From assembly GCA_051362555.1 (NCBI GenBank), contig CM120646.1, forward strand, positions 17,732,001-17,796,000: a stretch of DNA of 64,000 bases, in the 5' to 3' direction. Below, piece after piece: positions 37,001 through 51,300 of the stretch. This stretch comes from Lingula anatina (Eukaryota > Animalia > Brachiopoda). Made by a program: the position numbers and the translations under genes. How positions within the stretch are numbered: position 1 is the first letter of the stretch; every line of letters starts with the position of its first letter. The notes under the pieces were generated by a model. It was not told the DNA's origin, did no database searches, and was given only the letters and a program-made list of their open reading frames with translations.

Positions 37001-39303
37001 AAATATTAGGCATAATTTATTACCCACTAGCAGCTTCAGTAGGCGTGACTGACATCTAAGCCACTTAAATTGATTGCAATTTAGTGAGACTCCCCTCGGA
37101 GATAGATAGATCCACAGTAAGTATGACAGGGTCTGGGAATGGTCCCTTATTCTAAAGCAATGGTCCTTTATTTCATTAAGTTAGACAGGCCTTATAGCAC
37201 ACTAAATACTGGACTGCCATCAACATACATTGAGTGACAACCCACAAAACATTTTCTTTCTAAAAACTAAGACCAATATGGGGTAAACTTCAGTTGTGAA
37301 GCTGGGGTCTATTTCTCTATGGAAGATAAAAAGGTTGTTAGTACTGCATACAACACAACAAGCAGAACAGGGGTGCACCACGTCTTACCAAACTCAGTAG
37401 CACCTAAATTATTGGCCTTGATGATTTTGACCAGCAGCCGACGATCCTGGACTCGCGGGGGCTTGGGAGGTGCTCCGTTTCCAAACTGAAATAAGTATTT
37501 TTAAAATGCTTTTATACATAGAAAACTTGTTTTATCAACCAAAATATTAATGTTAATAAGAAAAAGAAACAAAATGTATCATTTAAAGTAAGACAAGGGT
37601 GCTTTTTATTACTTTTTTGTTGGAGACATTTTACTTTAAAAATGCTTAAATCAAATTTTAAGGTGTAATCAACAATGGAATAATAGCAGAAAACAATGGG
37701 AATCCATGCTTAAAATGTGTAAAATTGACAAACTATCTGTGAGTGACAGCACCCTTTTCTGGTATGTACCTTATACTTATTGTAATCTAACATCACCTTA
37801 TTGTAGTCTATCATCATCATAGTGTCAATATACATGTCAAACTGAACAGTTTCAATAGTATCTGCTGGTTCAGACCCTGCAACAAACCAATTTACTTGCA
37901 CATCCCATGGCCATACCTTTAATCCTGCATCACTCTTCCTGTCTATCCTCTTCTCTATAAAGTTGAGGTGTATTCCCGATGTCCTGACATGTGGCTTGAC
38001 ACTGAAGGTAACGCTGGCTGTACTGAATGCATTCAGTATCACACGCTCTAGAGTGTGGAGGTCCACCACGTTGTTGTCAGTAGGCTGCAGTGATAATTAT
38101 TATTTTCAATTTTTCAATGCCTTCACACTTAAATAACATAGTTTGGAAAAATGGTAACATTTGCTCTATTTAGCTAAGGGAAATGTGAAATACTGAACTG
38201 TTTTTTGAAAATTTATGTTGATTTAAGGCAAAATTCTTTTCCTGGTCAATTTACCAGCCTTTTGGCAGAAAAACCTTTAAAGAGTGAAGAGGTTTAAGAG
38301 AAAAGTTAAAATAAAGATTTAGACTAAGTATAGCAGCAACAAGCTTTGTAGTTGGGTCCAGTTTATTTAAATGATATTAACTCCTCCCAAGTACTGACAA
38401 CACTGTGATTGGGGAGGAAGTATATTTAGAAGTCAAGAAGAGAGACAGAAAGAGTCTTTTACCTGTACTTGTTCTTGGCTTTGTTGACTAGTAGTTTCTG
38501 CACCCTCTGTTTGTTCTTGTTCTGTTTGATTTTCTGTTTTCTTAGGAGTGATTTTCATCTCCATGACTGGAGTTTGTGCAAACTTTGCTGTCAGCTGAAT
38601 CTCCTCGCCCAATGTCATGTTCACTTTCAGCTTGATCTGTCAGAAATAAAAAATGAAATTTTTTATTTGTTTAGAAGTGCTGAAGATGATACCATTTTCA
38701 GCAACAAGCTGAGAAAATGATAATTTTTTTTAGAACATTCAAGTCATCGTTGAACTTTAAACTGAAGTTCATAAATCAAATACAAGATATAAAAGCATAT
38801 TTGATCAACTTTATTCTGCTGATCATTTTACCAAGTTATGCTTATGTTTTGCTAAGCACTAATTACATCACTGCTTTTTTCATAATCATGAAACAGAGCA
38901 AAATTACTATTTCTTTTATCATGACCAATTTCAGCAAGATAAAACTTCCTGTACCTCTCCTTTGAGCTTGTGTATTACTAGAGCACAGTCAGTGGCTTGT
39001 ATGGCGTCTGTGGATGCCTGCAACTCTAGATAGACTTGATGAAGAGACACAGAGAATGCTAATATCTGAAAGAGAAAAGATATGGGTATGTTGAACAACA
39101 GATACTGCTCCTGGGAGTTTATAACAAAAGTAATACAATTTATTTTTCTATACAAAAAAAGAAATTTTCAGATTTAAAAGACTTTAATGGACCATTAAGT
39201 TTATGTTCCAACCACTCTCCCATTCTTTATTATTTCACCCTCAAATCTCCTCCCTTTCACTCTCTGTCCACCATCCTCATCTTTAATATTATTTCACCCC
39301 TTT

Positions 39304-39340
<37 letters not shown>

Positions 39341-42300
39341 ACTGACCAGGTGATTGTCTTCTTGCATGGAGTGGACACTGGTCACTTTGGGCAGGAATGT
39401 TCCACGCTGCAGACCTGTGAACTGCACCAGCATGTTGCTCTCATTCTGAAATGATACAAAGTTAACTAAAATGTTACAATGTTACAAGTAAAATGATTCA
39501 TCATTACAACTAAAATAATACCATGTTAAAGTTAAATGATACAATGTTATAAGTGGCATGATGCAACATGAAAAATAAACGATACAATGTTACAATGAAA
39601 ATGGTATTATCTTGAACCAAAAGTATTTTAATATAGCATTTCAGAATGAAAAATGAATTAAAATAAACAATAGTATCAACATGTTTTATTTTCATATTAA
39701 AATGACAGAAAAAAATAAAATATATGATGACTCACATTTCATAAACTGAGGTTTAAGAAATCTTTCTTATCAGAAAAGTGTCTGATTTTATTGAAGGTTC
39801 AATGGTTAGATAAAAAGTCAGGGAAAACCACTGAATGAAACACCAATAAATCAACATATCCTGCCTGTGTGGTTATCACAAATTTGTGATTTTATACCGC
39901 AGGACCTGAATATACCCTGCATATTAAGGTCAAATTTTTTAACGATATTAAGAAGTTCAATCTTTACACATACATGTCAAATACTTCAACTGAGTTATTT
40001 ATGTATTCACTTATTATGCAAGCATCACATAAACAATTGTTTAAAAAAGTTCAGTTAAGTAAATTACAATTGAAATGTGCACTTTAAAATTTTCAAAGCC
40101 ATGTTGACTGTCAATCTAAAATCATATTTAATTTGCAATTTAAAGCCAGCATGAGTGGCCCCTATGTTTCTTTAGAGTAATTTTACCAATTTTGTCAAAA
40201 GGCCATGTTTCACACTTCCTATTAAACATGTCATGGGCAATGATAAAAGTGTTTGGCATAAAGTCTATTGTCAACTACATCAATTAACAGCAAAATAATT
40301 CTCACTGCTCTTTAAATTCAATATGTTTTATTACATGTCAAGGAAGTTGATTCTTAAGTGACAGGAAAGTTCATGAATTTTTTGGCACTTTTTTTTCACC
40401 CCATTCTCATAGATTAGATCGACCTACATTGGATCGACCTAACTCCCTGGGGGTTCACGCTAAATAGCTGTCAGCCGGGCGGACAAGAAAGTTAATTACC
40501 CCTTAAAGCTTGTAGTAGGCGGGGACGGACACTTAAGGGGGATTATCTGACAGTAATCTAGTGAGACTCCCCGCGGTGATAGATCGATCTAAAAGTTGTG
40601 AGAACAGAGCCTTTGTCTCAAGAACTGAACCTCTTTTTGTAGCTCACATATTTAACTTAGTTACCTTAGTTATTTAAAAGGCGCAGTTTAATATCTGCTG
40701 TTTTTTTAACTTGACTAAACAAATGAGAAACATGCTTTAAAAATACCAAAATACCACTAACAAACTGAAAATAGCAATTCCAAGGGTGCCTTATTATACC
40801 AATTCCACCAAATCTTAGCCCCCTCCCCCCCCTCTCTCCTTTTTTTTCTTCTTCTTTCCATGCAAAAATTGACTTAACAGGTAAAAGAAATAAACAGCTA
40901 GACTTTGCACAAACACACTGACTTCACAGGTAAAAAAAATAAACAGCTGGACCTTGCACAAACATAAACAATGTTTAATGCAAAAAATAAAAATACTATA
41001 AAAACCTAGAATTGAAAAAAGCATTCCATTTTCAATTTACAATATTTCACATTTGCCAAATAATCCAAATGCCGGCATATTGTAAGTTATGGATGTTTCA
41101 CTCATTCCCATAAAACAATCAATTACTTTTATATGCACTGGTTCTCAGGGTGTTCAAGGAGCCAAAAGAACTTTTAGTTCCTGGTATGCTGCTGATCATG
41201 AGTCAGCAACATTGAATGTAGGCCCTATAATAAACGAGGTGTTCAAATGTCTTTCCTCTCCATCTAATTACATTGATTTATCTTCACAGAGCTTTTTTTA
41301 TTACACAAGTTTTCTCTAACCAGCTTGAAGCAAAGAGGTCTTTCTGGGTGTAGGCTTGAATTGCTGAAGGCAGGGAGGCTTTGGGAGGTACAGAAAAGCT
41401 TCCCCATTTTGTCGTAAAAGGTCCACTCCGATTCCAAGCTTTATTTCATGTCAGTTCAACCAAGGGGGTAAAATGCTCCAATAAAAAAAATAAATAAATA
41501 AAAATTAATATAAAAAAAAACTCCAATGCTTTGAAACTGCTGCTCACAGACCTGGATGGATGAAATTGAACAATTCTAATGGAATATTGAAAATAAGCAA
41601 AAATACCTGACACCAGCCAGTCCATTTGTACGCCAGAGTTAGATTCTTTAGATAACACTTTTCAGAAGGAAATTAAAATTAGAAAGACATGTCCTCTTTG
41701 ATCTGTTCTAATTTTGCTTTATCCAACTGAAATTTAATTTATTTCATTTGTTAAACCCGTGTGAAAAATGTATTTTTGTTATTAATAAAACTTAACTTTT
41801 TTTATAATAATCAATTCTAACTTTAACATGTGACAGGTTTCTTCAGTGCCCTTAGTATCACTGACTGCAAGAAACACGAACAACTAAAATGACTATTTTC
41901 TATTTTACAGACTTCACAAAGACAAAAAGAAATCAGATTTCTTTGGCTGTCACTGAGTTTAAAGAAAAACTATATATGACAGTTGAAAAAACTGAGCTGT
42001 CCACAGAGATTAAAACCTCTGCCATTAATGCCAATATCACTTTGGGTTGCTCTGGCAATCACATTTACCAGCAATAATAGAATCAATATTCTCAACCTCT
42101 GGCATTCTGTCTACTACAATGATCCAATAGAAGCTGTAAATTAATACACACAGACGTCTCATTTACCAAGGATAAATGGCAGACATCAGGGGTGCCCAAA
42201 ATTCAAGCCTGCATGGTTTTAAAGATTTTGGTTTTTTATTAATTAATGTGTATGTATGTTGTAAACAGAAATCCCTTAAAAACTGACAACCATAACCACA

Positions 42301-45300
42301 ACTCATTTTCTGAGTTCTGAGCAGGAGATTAGGTGATGAAAATGAGAGAAGGCTAAAGGAGATGCAGGAATGAAGGGGGGGGGGGGGGGGGAGAGAGAGA
42401 GAGAGAGTAGTATTCTTCCATATTCTTTATGATACCCAGCACCACTGTCTGATGACATGTTGCAAAACAAATGTACAGTTTTTTTCCAGACTGCTATTGT
42501 CACTTAAGCAGATAAATATAGTTTTCATTTGGGAATAATACAGAACAATAGCTGTTAGAGAATACATCAATAAAGCCCTCATTATCAAAGCTTTTCATCC
42601 TTCCACCAACTACTGCACAAACAAATTCTGCAGTTGAGTTCATGTTCACAACTCCATTGCAGATATGAGACCTTATGATAATAGATATATCATAAATAAC
42701 AGATATAAACATTTCAATGGCTTGCAGTCAAGTTAAGCCATATCATCTCTCCAGTAAAGTTCTCAAGGGCATATTTTCCTGTGAGGCAATGATAGAGGTA
42801 CCACAGACAACAAGATTATTACATTACCTGCAGGAACCCTGTATAATATTATCTGTATCTGCACACACCATATGCATACGCCATCATGTCAATTGACTCT
42901 GAGCTCATGCAAACAAAGAAATCATAAATCTAAGTCACGACAAATTTGTCAAAGGAAAATATAAAATAATTCAACAAATTCATTAACTTGATTTATATTT
43001 TTAATTTAGTTAAAATGCTCCTTGTAATTGGCTTTTTGCAAAATGTAGTAAAGGATTAAACATATACACCTGCAAGGTACAAGTAAAAATGCACAGGCTG
43101 TTATTTGTTTGTTCTTCTGGGAATTGTGGGGAATACAGAAGGTTGAAAATAATTCCTGGAAACAATCTGAAAATGCTGAAACACGTATTTATAAGATTTG
43201 TGCCAGATAAAATGTTTCTTAGTCTGAAATATCAAGCATCTGGCATTTGAAAAAGAAAAATCCAAGATTGGACTACTTTGCATCAAGTCTGCTACATATT
43301 TGAATTTACAGAAAAAAAAGTATTTCTTCCTGAAGTAAAAATTAGTCCCTCTGCATCTCCAGTGTTTAAAACAACATTCTACAGCAAACCATAAGAACCA
43401 AATTTGTAACTGACAAGTCTTAAAAAGCTGATTCTCATTAAAAATCCAATATTTGTCACTTGTGCCTTAATGTAGTGGCAGACAAATTGATGTATGGAGG
43501 TGTACATATTGCGTGTGCTTGTTCTCACTTCAGGGATGCCTCTCCTTTCTCCAGTAAAAATATAGATCAATGGGCTTATGCCATATGGTCCCTGTACTAT
43601 ATCATGAATAATAAGTATAACATCAACTTAACCATAGCCTCCAGCAACTGATTACTCTGCCATATGTCAGTGAGTATATTTTGTTTTCCTTCATGCAAAT
43701 TCACCATTATATGTGCATATTCTGTGTGGAGCCAGTAATTATATATCAAATTGTATGTCTGGGTCACCAGGGGAAGAGGGGTGGGGTGGGGGTGGTGGTG
43801 GTGGGGGGGGGGGGGGGGGCTTTCTCTTGAAAATCATTGTATTTCGCCAAAAAGTTGGACAATTTCAGACAAAACAAAATTTTTCTGTCAAATACATTAT
43901 ATATTCATCAAAAAAAAAAAAAGGTTGTTCCTGAGCCAAGTTAAAATGTCTAGCAATAGGCTATAATTTTCTATGCTAAATTGAAAGTGGGGAGAGGGAT
44001 AAGGGGTAAATGTCTGAGGTTGGGGGGGGGGGGGGGAGAGATAGATACATAGTGCTCTGTAAATATTACTTCAGGTGCACAAGTCGGCATATTTCACCAT
44101 ATGTGCAAGCGCCCAAGAATGTGTTATTCTACATATTTTTATGCAACTGGACTTCACTGACACATAGTAGTACTAGTGTGCTGCTTCCCCTGCAATATCA
44201 ACGAGAGCGCAGATCTCTGCCAAGGCAGCGATTTTTTATTATTATTGATTAATGATAGATTATTGATCCGGATCACCACCAAAAACGAATCACTTCTAAG
44301 TTAATCCATTTCTGACCTACCCTGAAAATTTCATCAAAATCGGCCCATAACTGTTTGAGTTATGTTGATGACAAACAAACAGACAGAAAGACAAACAGGG
44401 ATGAAAACATAACCTCCTTGGCAGAGGTAAAAAGGAAGCTACAATTTTAATCAACCATGAGTGGTAGAGGTCACTTAGATACAGATTACTGGTGTTTGCT
44501 AAGTGCTGGAGATCAGTTGTATGTTTTCAGGATTCCATAGAAAACAAAACTGATCCTATATGATGACTTCAGCTATGATGGAGAGAAAGAATAGGTGTGT
44601 TAGCACAGACAGCGATGAGTATATTTGGTTTTCTTCACGTCACACAATGGTAATGCTACTCACTGATTGAACTGGAAGCTTTTTCACTCTCATTTGATCA
44701 AAAAAGAAAAAAAATATATATATATATTTGCAACCTGAACCAAGAATTTGTTTCACAGTTTGTAAAAGCAAAAAGTCAAAAAGTACATGGGTAACACGGC
44801 TTTTTCACAAACAGATCTAAAATAAGTAATAACCCAAAATAAAAATAAAAATCACTGCATTTACTTTACTTTGACAAATTTATTCAATCAATTAATTAAT
44901 AAAATTTCTGTCGATACAAATCTTATTTGCTTCTGACTATGACTATGCACTGAATACAATGTGAGATACAAAAATATTAAAAAGAATAAACACAATTCAC
45001 CAGGGTCAAAAGACATATTTCACTATAATATCAATTGTAAGTTGACATCTGATTCTGAATACAACCAGGTAATGACTTCTGACTAAAACAAATGTCACTG
45101 ACAACAAGAAAATATAGCAAAATGATGTTAAAGATGACTAATTTACCCATAAATAATACATATTCCCAGTAAAAGATTATCCATTAGGCTTCAAACTTGT
45201 TGGCAAACTGCATGAAGATGTAGAGGTCAGCATTCAGAAGGGGGGGGGGAGGAGAAAAATGGAGAAGGGCAAGTGCAAATTTAATCTAAAATCCATCATT

Positions 45301-48300
45301 TTTGTAATGCACAGGGAAAGCTGTAGACATATGTGTATCACATCTCAGGGGCCCAAGGCATATGGCACACTGCTATCAAATGTGGTAACCAGATGTTACT
45401 ATGGTAACCTCGAGGGACTCTAGAAGTGCAATCCCCACATCTGTCCTGGCCAGGTATACACATGTTCACAGAGAGCAGGCGCCGAGGCAACGACTGGTTT
45501 CATGGGAGAAATCTAGGACCAAAATTGGTAAAAAACTTAAAAACTGAAAATGTTGGTTTACTGCCATACACTCAGGACAAATCCATGCTAGTATACCTAG
45601 TAATTTAAAATAAAGTATTACTTTAATTTGTAACTACTGGTAGATTTTTGGTCAAAAGCAATACTCATTTCTGCCATTTTATAAAGCTGGTTTTACAAAA
45701 CTGTGAATAAATCTTACTTCAGTAAACTACTAGTAATCCTTTTTTGGTCTGAAGTAGACAAAAAAAAAAGAAATGATCAAAAATTAAGTAAATCTTAATT
45801 TGGTAAATAAAAATGTAAAATGTATCACCACTTTATGCTTAGTTGTAATCATCTTTGCAGTTCTTTTCTTTTCCATGTTTTTTGGGAAATATTTAACATT
45901 AACCTGAACACTACATAGTGTGGTCTTCAAAGCCCTTCACACTCTCTTTTCGATGATAATATCTCCTTAAAGGAAACAGTGCTGTCTGCTTATTTTTTGG
46001 ACTGTTTTACAATCATTTCCCAATATTTGTCATAATAAACAATTCTCCCAAGCAAAACACAAAGAGCAATTCATACAAATCTCTCAGTCATTCTCAAGAC
46101 AAATGCATACAGCAAACAAGGCCCTAATTTTCTGAAAAAAAAAAAAATAACTCATATAGACCTCCTTATCGCACAAGTTACTCTCCCCCATGACTGGAAG
46201 AGACTATTTATAGCAGGCATAAACTCCTGGAGAATTCAAAGAACTTCACTGTCTGGAAGAGAAGTAGGTAGCCACCGACGTCTGACCAGCTGTTTCTTGT
46301 TTCCAAGGAATCTTTAAGGGCTCATCAAGGGAACAACTAGGCTATTGCTTGGTAGTTTTTCTTGGAAATCAATAAGTCATTTTACACACAACTTTCACTT
46401 TTGTCTGCAATGATAACTTTACTTGTTCTATCACTTGCACTTTCACCTAAATGTTCAATCTGTACCTATATTTGCAATATAATCTGCAGATAAGATTTCA
46501 AATTATCAATTTTTTAACTGCAATGTTACAGGTAGTCCCTGCTATTTTTTCATCTTTCGTGTTTCAAACACTGAAGCTCCATAGCAAAAGACAGTTATAC
46601 TATGATTGTGCCAAATCAATGTGAGAAATTAAATTCATGAGCTCATCACAATTGTGACCACATTTAAACAATTAATAACAAAAACAAAGGGTCACAAAGA
46701 CCAAATGAGGCAGGTGTCACCTAAGTTTCACCTCTGTCATCGCATTTTTGCAATAGTATTCATGGTAATTTCACACTTATCACACCACTAATCAGCAGTG
46801 TACTCCATAAAAACAGTCCCTCACTCTGCTTATTACATGTGACACCAGGTGTGAAAATGTACGCTAATAACTTGACATCATGCAATATTCGTACATGCTC
46901 AAGGTCACAAACATTACTCATTTCAGTGAAGAACTCCTAATGCACAAATTTATTGTTTTGTACGTCATTAATACCCAACAGCAATAGTAATTGACTATCA
47001 ATAATGGACAGAATGAATGATACATCCATCCAGCATCCTTAAATGGTTCCCTTATCTTGACTTGACATTTACTTATCATTTATATCCATCAGATAAAATT
47101 CAATTTAATATCTGACGTTTCTAGGAAGTTCATTCTTAATCATAGCTTGGCCTTTGCTTTTCTTTGTTTTCCCTCTTTCACAGAATCTGATTTGAATGAC
47201 TTATTTTCCAAGATGTAGTTTCCAAGATTTCGTCTTTATTGCTTTTTTCATCAGATAGATTTCAACCTAAATACTATTAATTCCCCTAAGATGCTACAGT
47301 ATATAGCTAACCTAAGATGATATTTTTCATTCATCAAAGATTTTTTCTTCCTTTTTTTACCCCACCGAATAAACTTTATGACATTACAATCTTTAATCCT
47401 TACTATTATAATTTTTTGTAACAGTCAAATTTGGTATTGTGCACAGATTTTGTATTCAGGGTGTCCAATGAAGACAGCAAGATGAAGAAGACATAATGAT
47501 GACATTCTGTACACTTGTGGCTTCTTTTTATTGATAAATTTTCTTTTGGGGTGGGGGAGGCTTAGCTAAGACTATTTAAATCTCCTAGCCAACCACATAA
47601 ATTCAAGTTTTTGAGCAGTTTACAAATATTTTACCCACAAGATGCACTTTATGTAAAAAATTATATCAAAAGGAGAAGAAATTCATTTGTGTCAGTGCAT
47701 GCATGTGTGTGTACAAATGTTGGTGAGGGAAAGTGTGTTTGCACATAAGGAGAGAGAGAAAGAGGAGCAGAGTAAAAAGATATATATCATCCCAGAGGAA
47801 GAGTCACTTAAATCTGATCTGACAAGCACTATCTCAAAACCTCAAGGAAACATTTGCCAAGAACTAAACCCTGCCCCTCTTAGCACCTCTCAACATTCAA
47901 CCTGCAGCCACTAGTGAAGGTTTTAACCTTAAAGCTTGGATGCCAGAAGAGATGTTGAAGTTTTCCAAGCAAAAGGTTACCTCATAATAAGATTTGCATC
48001 ATTTGCCACAGACTCCATTATGGCCAGCCTCAATCATTTTTCGTATCCCCGCAAAGATGCATATATGGCTCCATGGGAACATTCTCTGTAGTAACTATGG
48101 CTTTATGACAGGGATGTCAATACCAACATGGATAAAATTGCTATAAAATGACATACTTTATTACCATTGTTAAATAAAGCAATCATTTATAAATTAGAAC
48201 ACAAATTTCCTTACAAATGCTCCCTACTTTATTTGTAACGTTTCGTTTGAAAACATTTTAAAGTTTATATAAAGGTAATGCTCATTTTTTGAAATACACA

Positions 48301-51300
48301 TCTTTCAATGAAGTTCTGCTGTTCTTGTCAATTTTACATGCTTCAACAATAATGTCCTTCATTAATCATAACCAAAAAAATGTTTATCAATGATTAAACA
48401 TTCTTTGACATGAACTTGAAATAGCTAGGAGTCAGTTGTTTCATGAAATGGGATTTCATTACATGTCAAGCCCTGTGCTCATAGTTAAAAAGAAAAAAAA
48501 ACAGTAAATCAAGGGACAGCTATCTGAACACTAAAATAATCAAGTTATGGCAGTGATGAACAGTTGCCTACTACAAGAGGCAACTACTGAATGATTTCAA
48601 AAGAAAAAAAAAAGAGACAAAATTTCAAACCAAGGACTGAAATTTTTGATCTTTGATTTGATCTTACCTGTAAAACATTTTTCATTCTTTCATACAACAA
48701 CCAAATTATATCACTTAGCCGTTCGCCAGACTATTACAGGGTCAAAGTAACCTTAATTTTGGGTCTTAAAGTTGAAACCACATTTTGGTCTTTAACTCAT
48801 GCAAAACCAGCCATAAAATATGGCTTAGGGCTTTTAGCAAAGTGAAAGAAGTCTATCCCAGCCCATGGCTCTGGCTCTTAGCACTAAACCTATGTGCCAG
48901 GTGTTGCACTGAAATTTCATTTAAAGGTCATCTCCACAGAGTGCAAGTATGTGTGTGCCTGCGTAGGTGTATTTCAGGCTCGGTGAGCCATACATATACA
49001 AGAATTCTTGTAATGGTAATGTTGTTCTCCCACATTTAGAAAGTTCACTTTCCTAATGATGACGGGCTCTTCAGACTCAAGTTTGTTGGTCTTCTTGATG
49101 AATTGCTGTTTAAAAATACCACACACTCAGGTATTTTGTACTTGAGACATATTCTATCCTTTCATTGTTTACTCATCTCTTGAAAGACCAATTTTGAATC
49201 ATTATGTACTATACACAAAATACACACAAGTTGAGTGTTTGTTGCCCAAGCTGCTTGGAGCACTTGGTCCAGAATACTGAAATGTATTCTATCTGGGGAC
49301 TTTCGTGCTACATTGAATTTTTCTTGATAATGTGGCAATTTTTTCCTACTCATAAATCACTGCTAAAACCATCCTCCACTTACCATTTAGTTTAAAAACA
49401 TCTGTCCAGTTGTTTCGATCGCCTTCATCATATCATCACATACATTTCAGAAGGAAATATTGACATCAACTACTTATATTTGAGGGTTTTTATCTTTTTC
49501 CAGGTCTGAACTGGAAAAGATAAATAGCTTTGCATGATTTGTAGGTCTAGAAAAATATGGCAGTTTCAAATGCATACTTTAGTATACCTTTAAGAAAAAG
49601 TTAGAAAAATTTGAAAAGAAAATCCTAACTTTCTTCAACAACATAACCAGTAGGCTACCTGTGTGTAAGAGGAGATCAAGATGCAAATATTGTTATATCA
49701 GCCAACCTTAAAAACTGATGTTAATATGCTAGTACAATGATATTGTCCATCACTGCAACCAGCTGAGCTTCTACATTACAGCATAACCTACGGTAATTAT
49801 TCTCTCTTTTGTACACCTCAGTTAATTCAACATCACACGTCATACTAGTATTTTCAGTTACTTACAACAACCTTCATTCTGACATAAATGCTTGCTGCTT
49901 CTCAGAAATTTGTTCAATAGTGTAACGATTTTACATAGCCTTAAAATTCATGGTAAAATTGCTGCAGTAAGCTTTAGCCTTTTGTTTACATTCTTGTGTG
50001 TGTTGAACTTTGAACCTTAAGTTGGAATGGCTTGTAAGTGGTATCAGTTTACTAAAGAGGGGATTGTGGTGTCCAGTAGAGGGGTTGGCGGTCAACCATT
50101 CAAGGCCGTCCACTTTTCCTCTGCCTGCCAGTCAAAGTAGCAGTGAACCATTCAAGGCCGTCCACTTTTGAAATGTATAAATACAGCTGCTCTACGCAGT
50201 GTTGTTCAGTTAGAGTTCAGTTAGAGTTACTGTAGAGTATAGTGGCAGTACTCAGTGAGAGTATAGTGTCAGACTTAGTTTCACAACTTAGTTTGAGTCA
50301 GTTTCACAATATAGTTCCAGTTAGTTTATTGTAGCTGAGTTGCAGTTGTTTAAATTAGAGGTACAGCAGTACAGCAAGAATAGAGACAGTGTTTAGTAAA
50401 AGATACAGAAACATGTACATTTGTGTTGAGAGTTATTCGTAGAAATAAAGTTTACAAAACAGAGACCTTGTTTTGTTGGTGGCAGCGAAGTAAGAGAACC
50501 GTACACTGGTGGCAGAAAAGCGAAGACCTTTACACTGGTGGCAGCGGTGGGATACAGACTTTAACACGCCAAGAGAAAAGCTCAAGAAATCAAGAAATTC
50601 AAAATGCCTCCTAAAAAGGACAACAGATCTGACCAGGAGGAAGTGAGAAACCTGGAGGAACAGATTGAAGAAGCCTGCAGAGCTCTTGAAGCTGAAAAAG
50701 AAAATTCTACTCACAGAATTCAAGTTGCTGTAGAAGAAGCAGAGGCAGAGAAAGAAAGATTAATTAGAAAAGCAAAAGAAAATGCTGACATCTTAGAGGC
50801 ACGTGCTGAGGCTGCAGAACAGAGAGTCAGAGCCCTAGAGCGACAGAAAGAGACAGAAATAGAACACAGAGCCCAGAATGAACGCATATCAGAAACGATA
50901 ACCCCTACACTTACCCCATTTCACAGAATTAACGGCCGTAGTAACTTTGAAATACCTTTGCCCAGACAGACTCTCTTTAGTGGGAAAGAATCCTGGGAGG
51001 GTTTCATTGAGCCATTCAAAGCACTAAGCCAGACTTGTGAATGGAGTGAGTCTGAGAAACTGTTTAGATTATGTAACAGTCTGCGTGGTGAGGCTGCTGA
51101 TTTCGCCTTTGTGCAGTTGTCAGCAGAAGTGGTAAATTCCTACCCTCTGCTACAGAGGGCGTTGCAAAACCGATTTCAAGAAAAGCGTACTACAAGCTCC
51201 TATCTGTCAGAGCTAGAAAATAGAAAGCTTAGTTCAAGAGAGAAACTGCCAGAGTACATATCCGATATTAGAAAGTTAGTGTTAAAAGGTTACCCGACGG

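Noticed and set aside
37789-37989. Alternative donor at 37988 or an extra exon near 37800-37877 in C2CD2L
   Set aside because: The AAG|GTATGG donor at 37916 is stronger and in phase; the extra exon would need a ~40-nt intron and contains an in-frame stop.
49020-49460. Coding-looking stretch with a GTAAGT donor on the minus strand upstream of the LTR
   Set aside because: No clear acceptor or start, no homology, stops in the candidate frames.
49931-50113. 60-aa antisense ORF in both LTRs
   Set aside because: Duplicated only because the LTRs are identical; no domain features.
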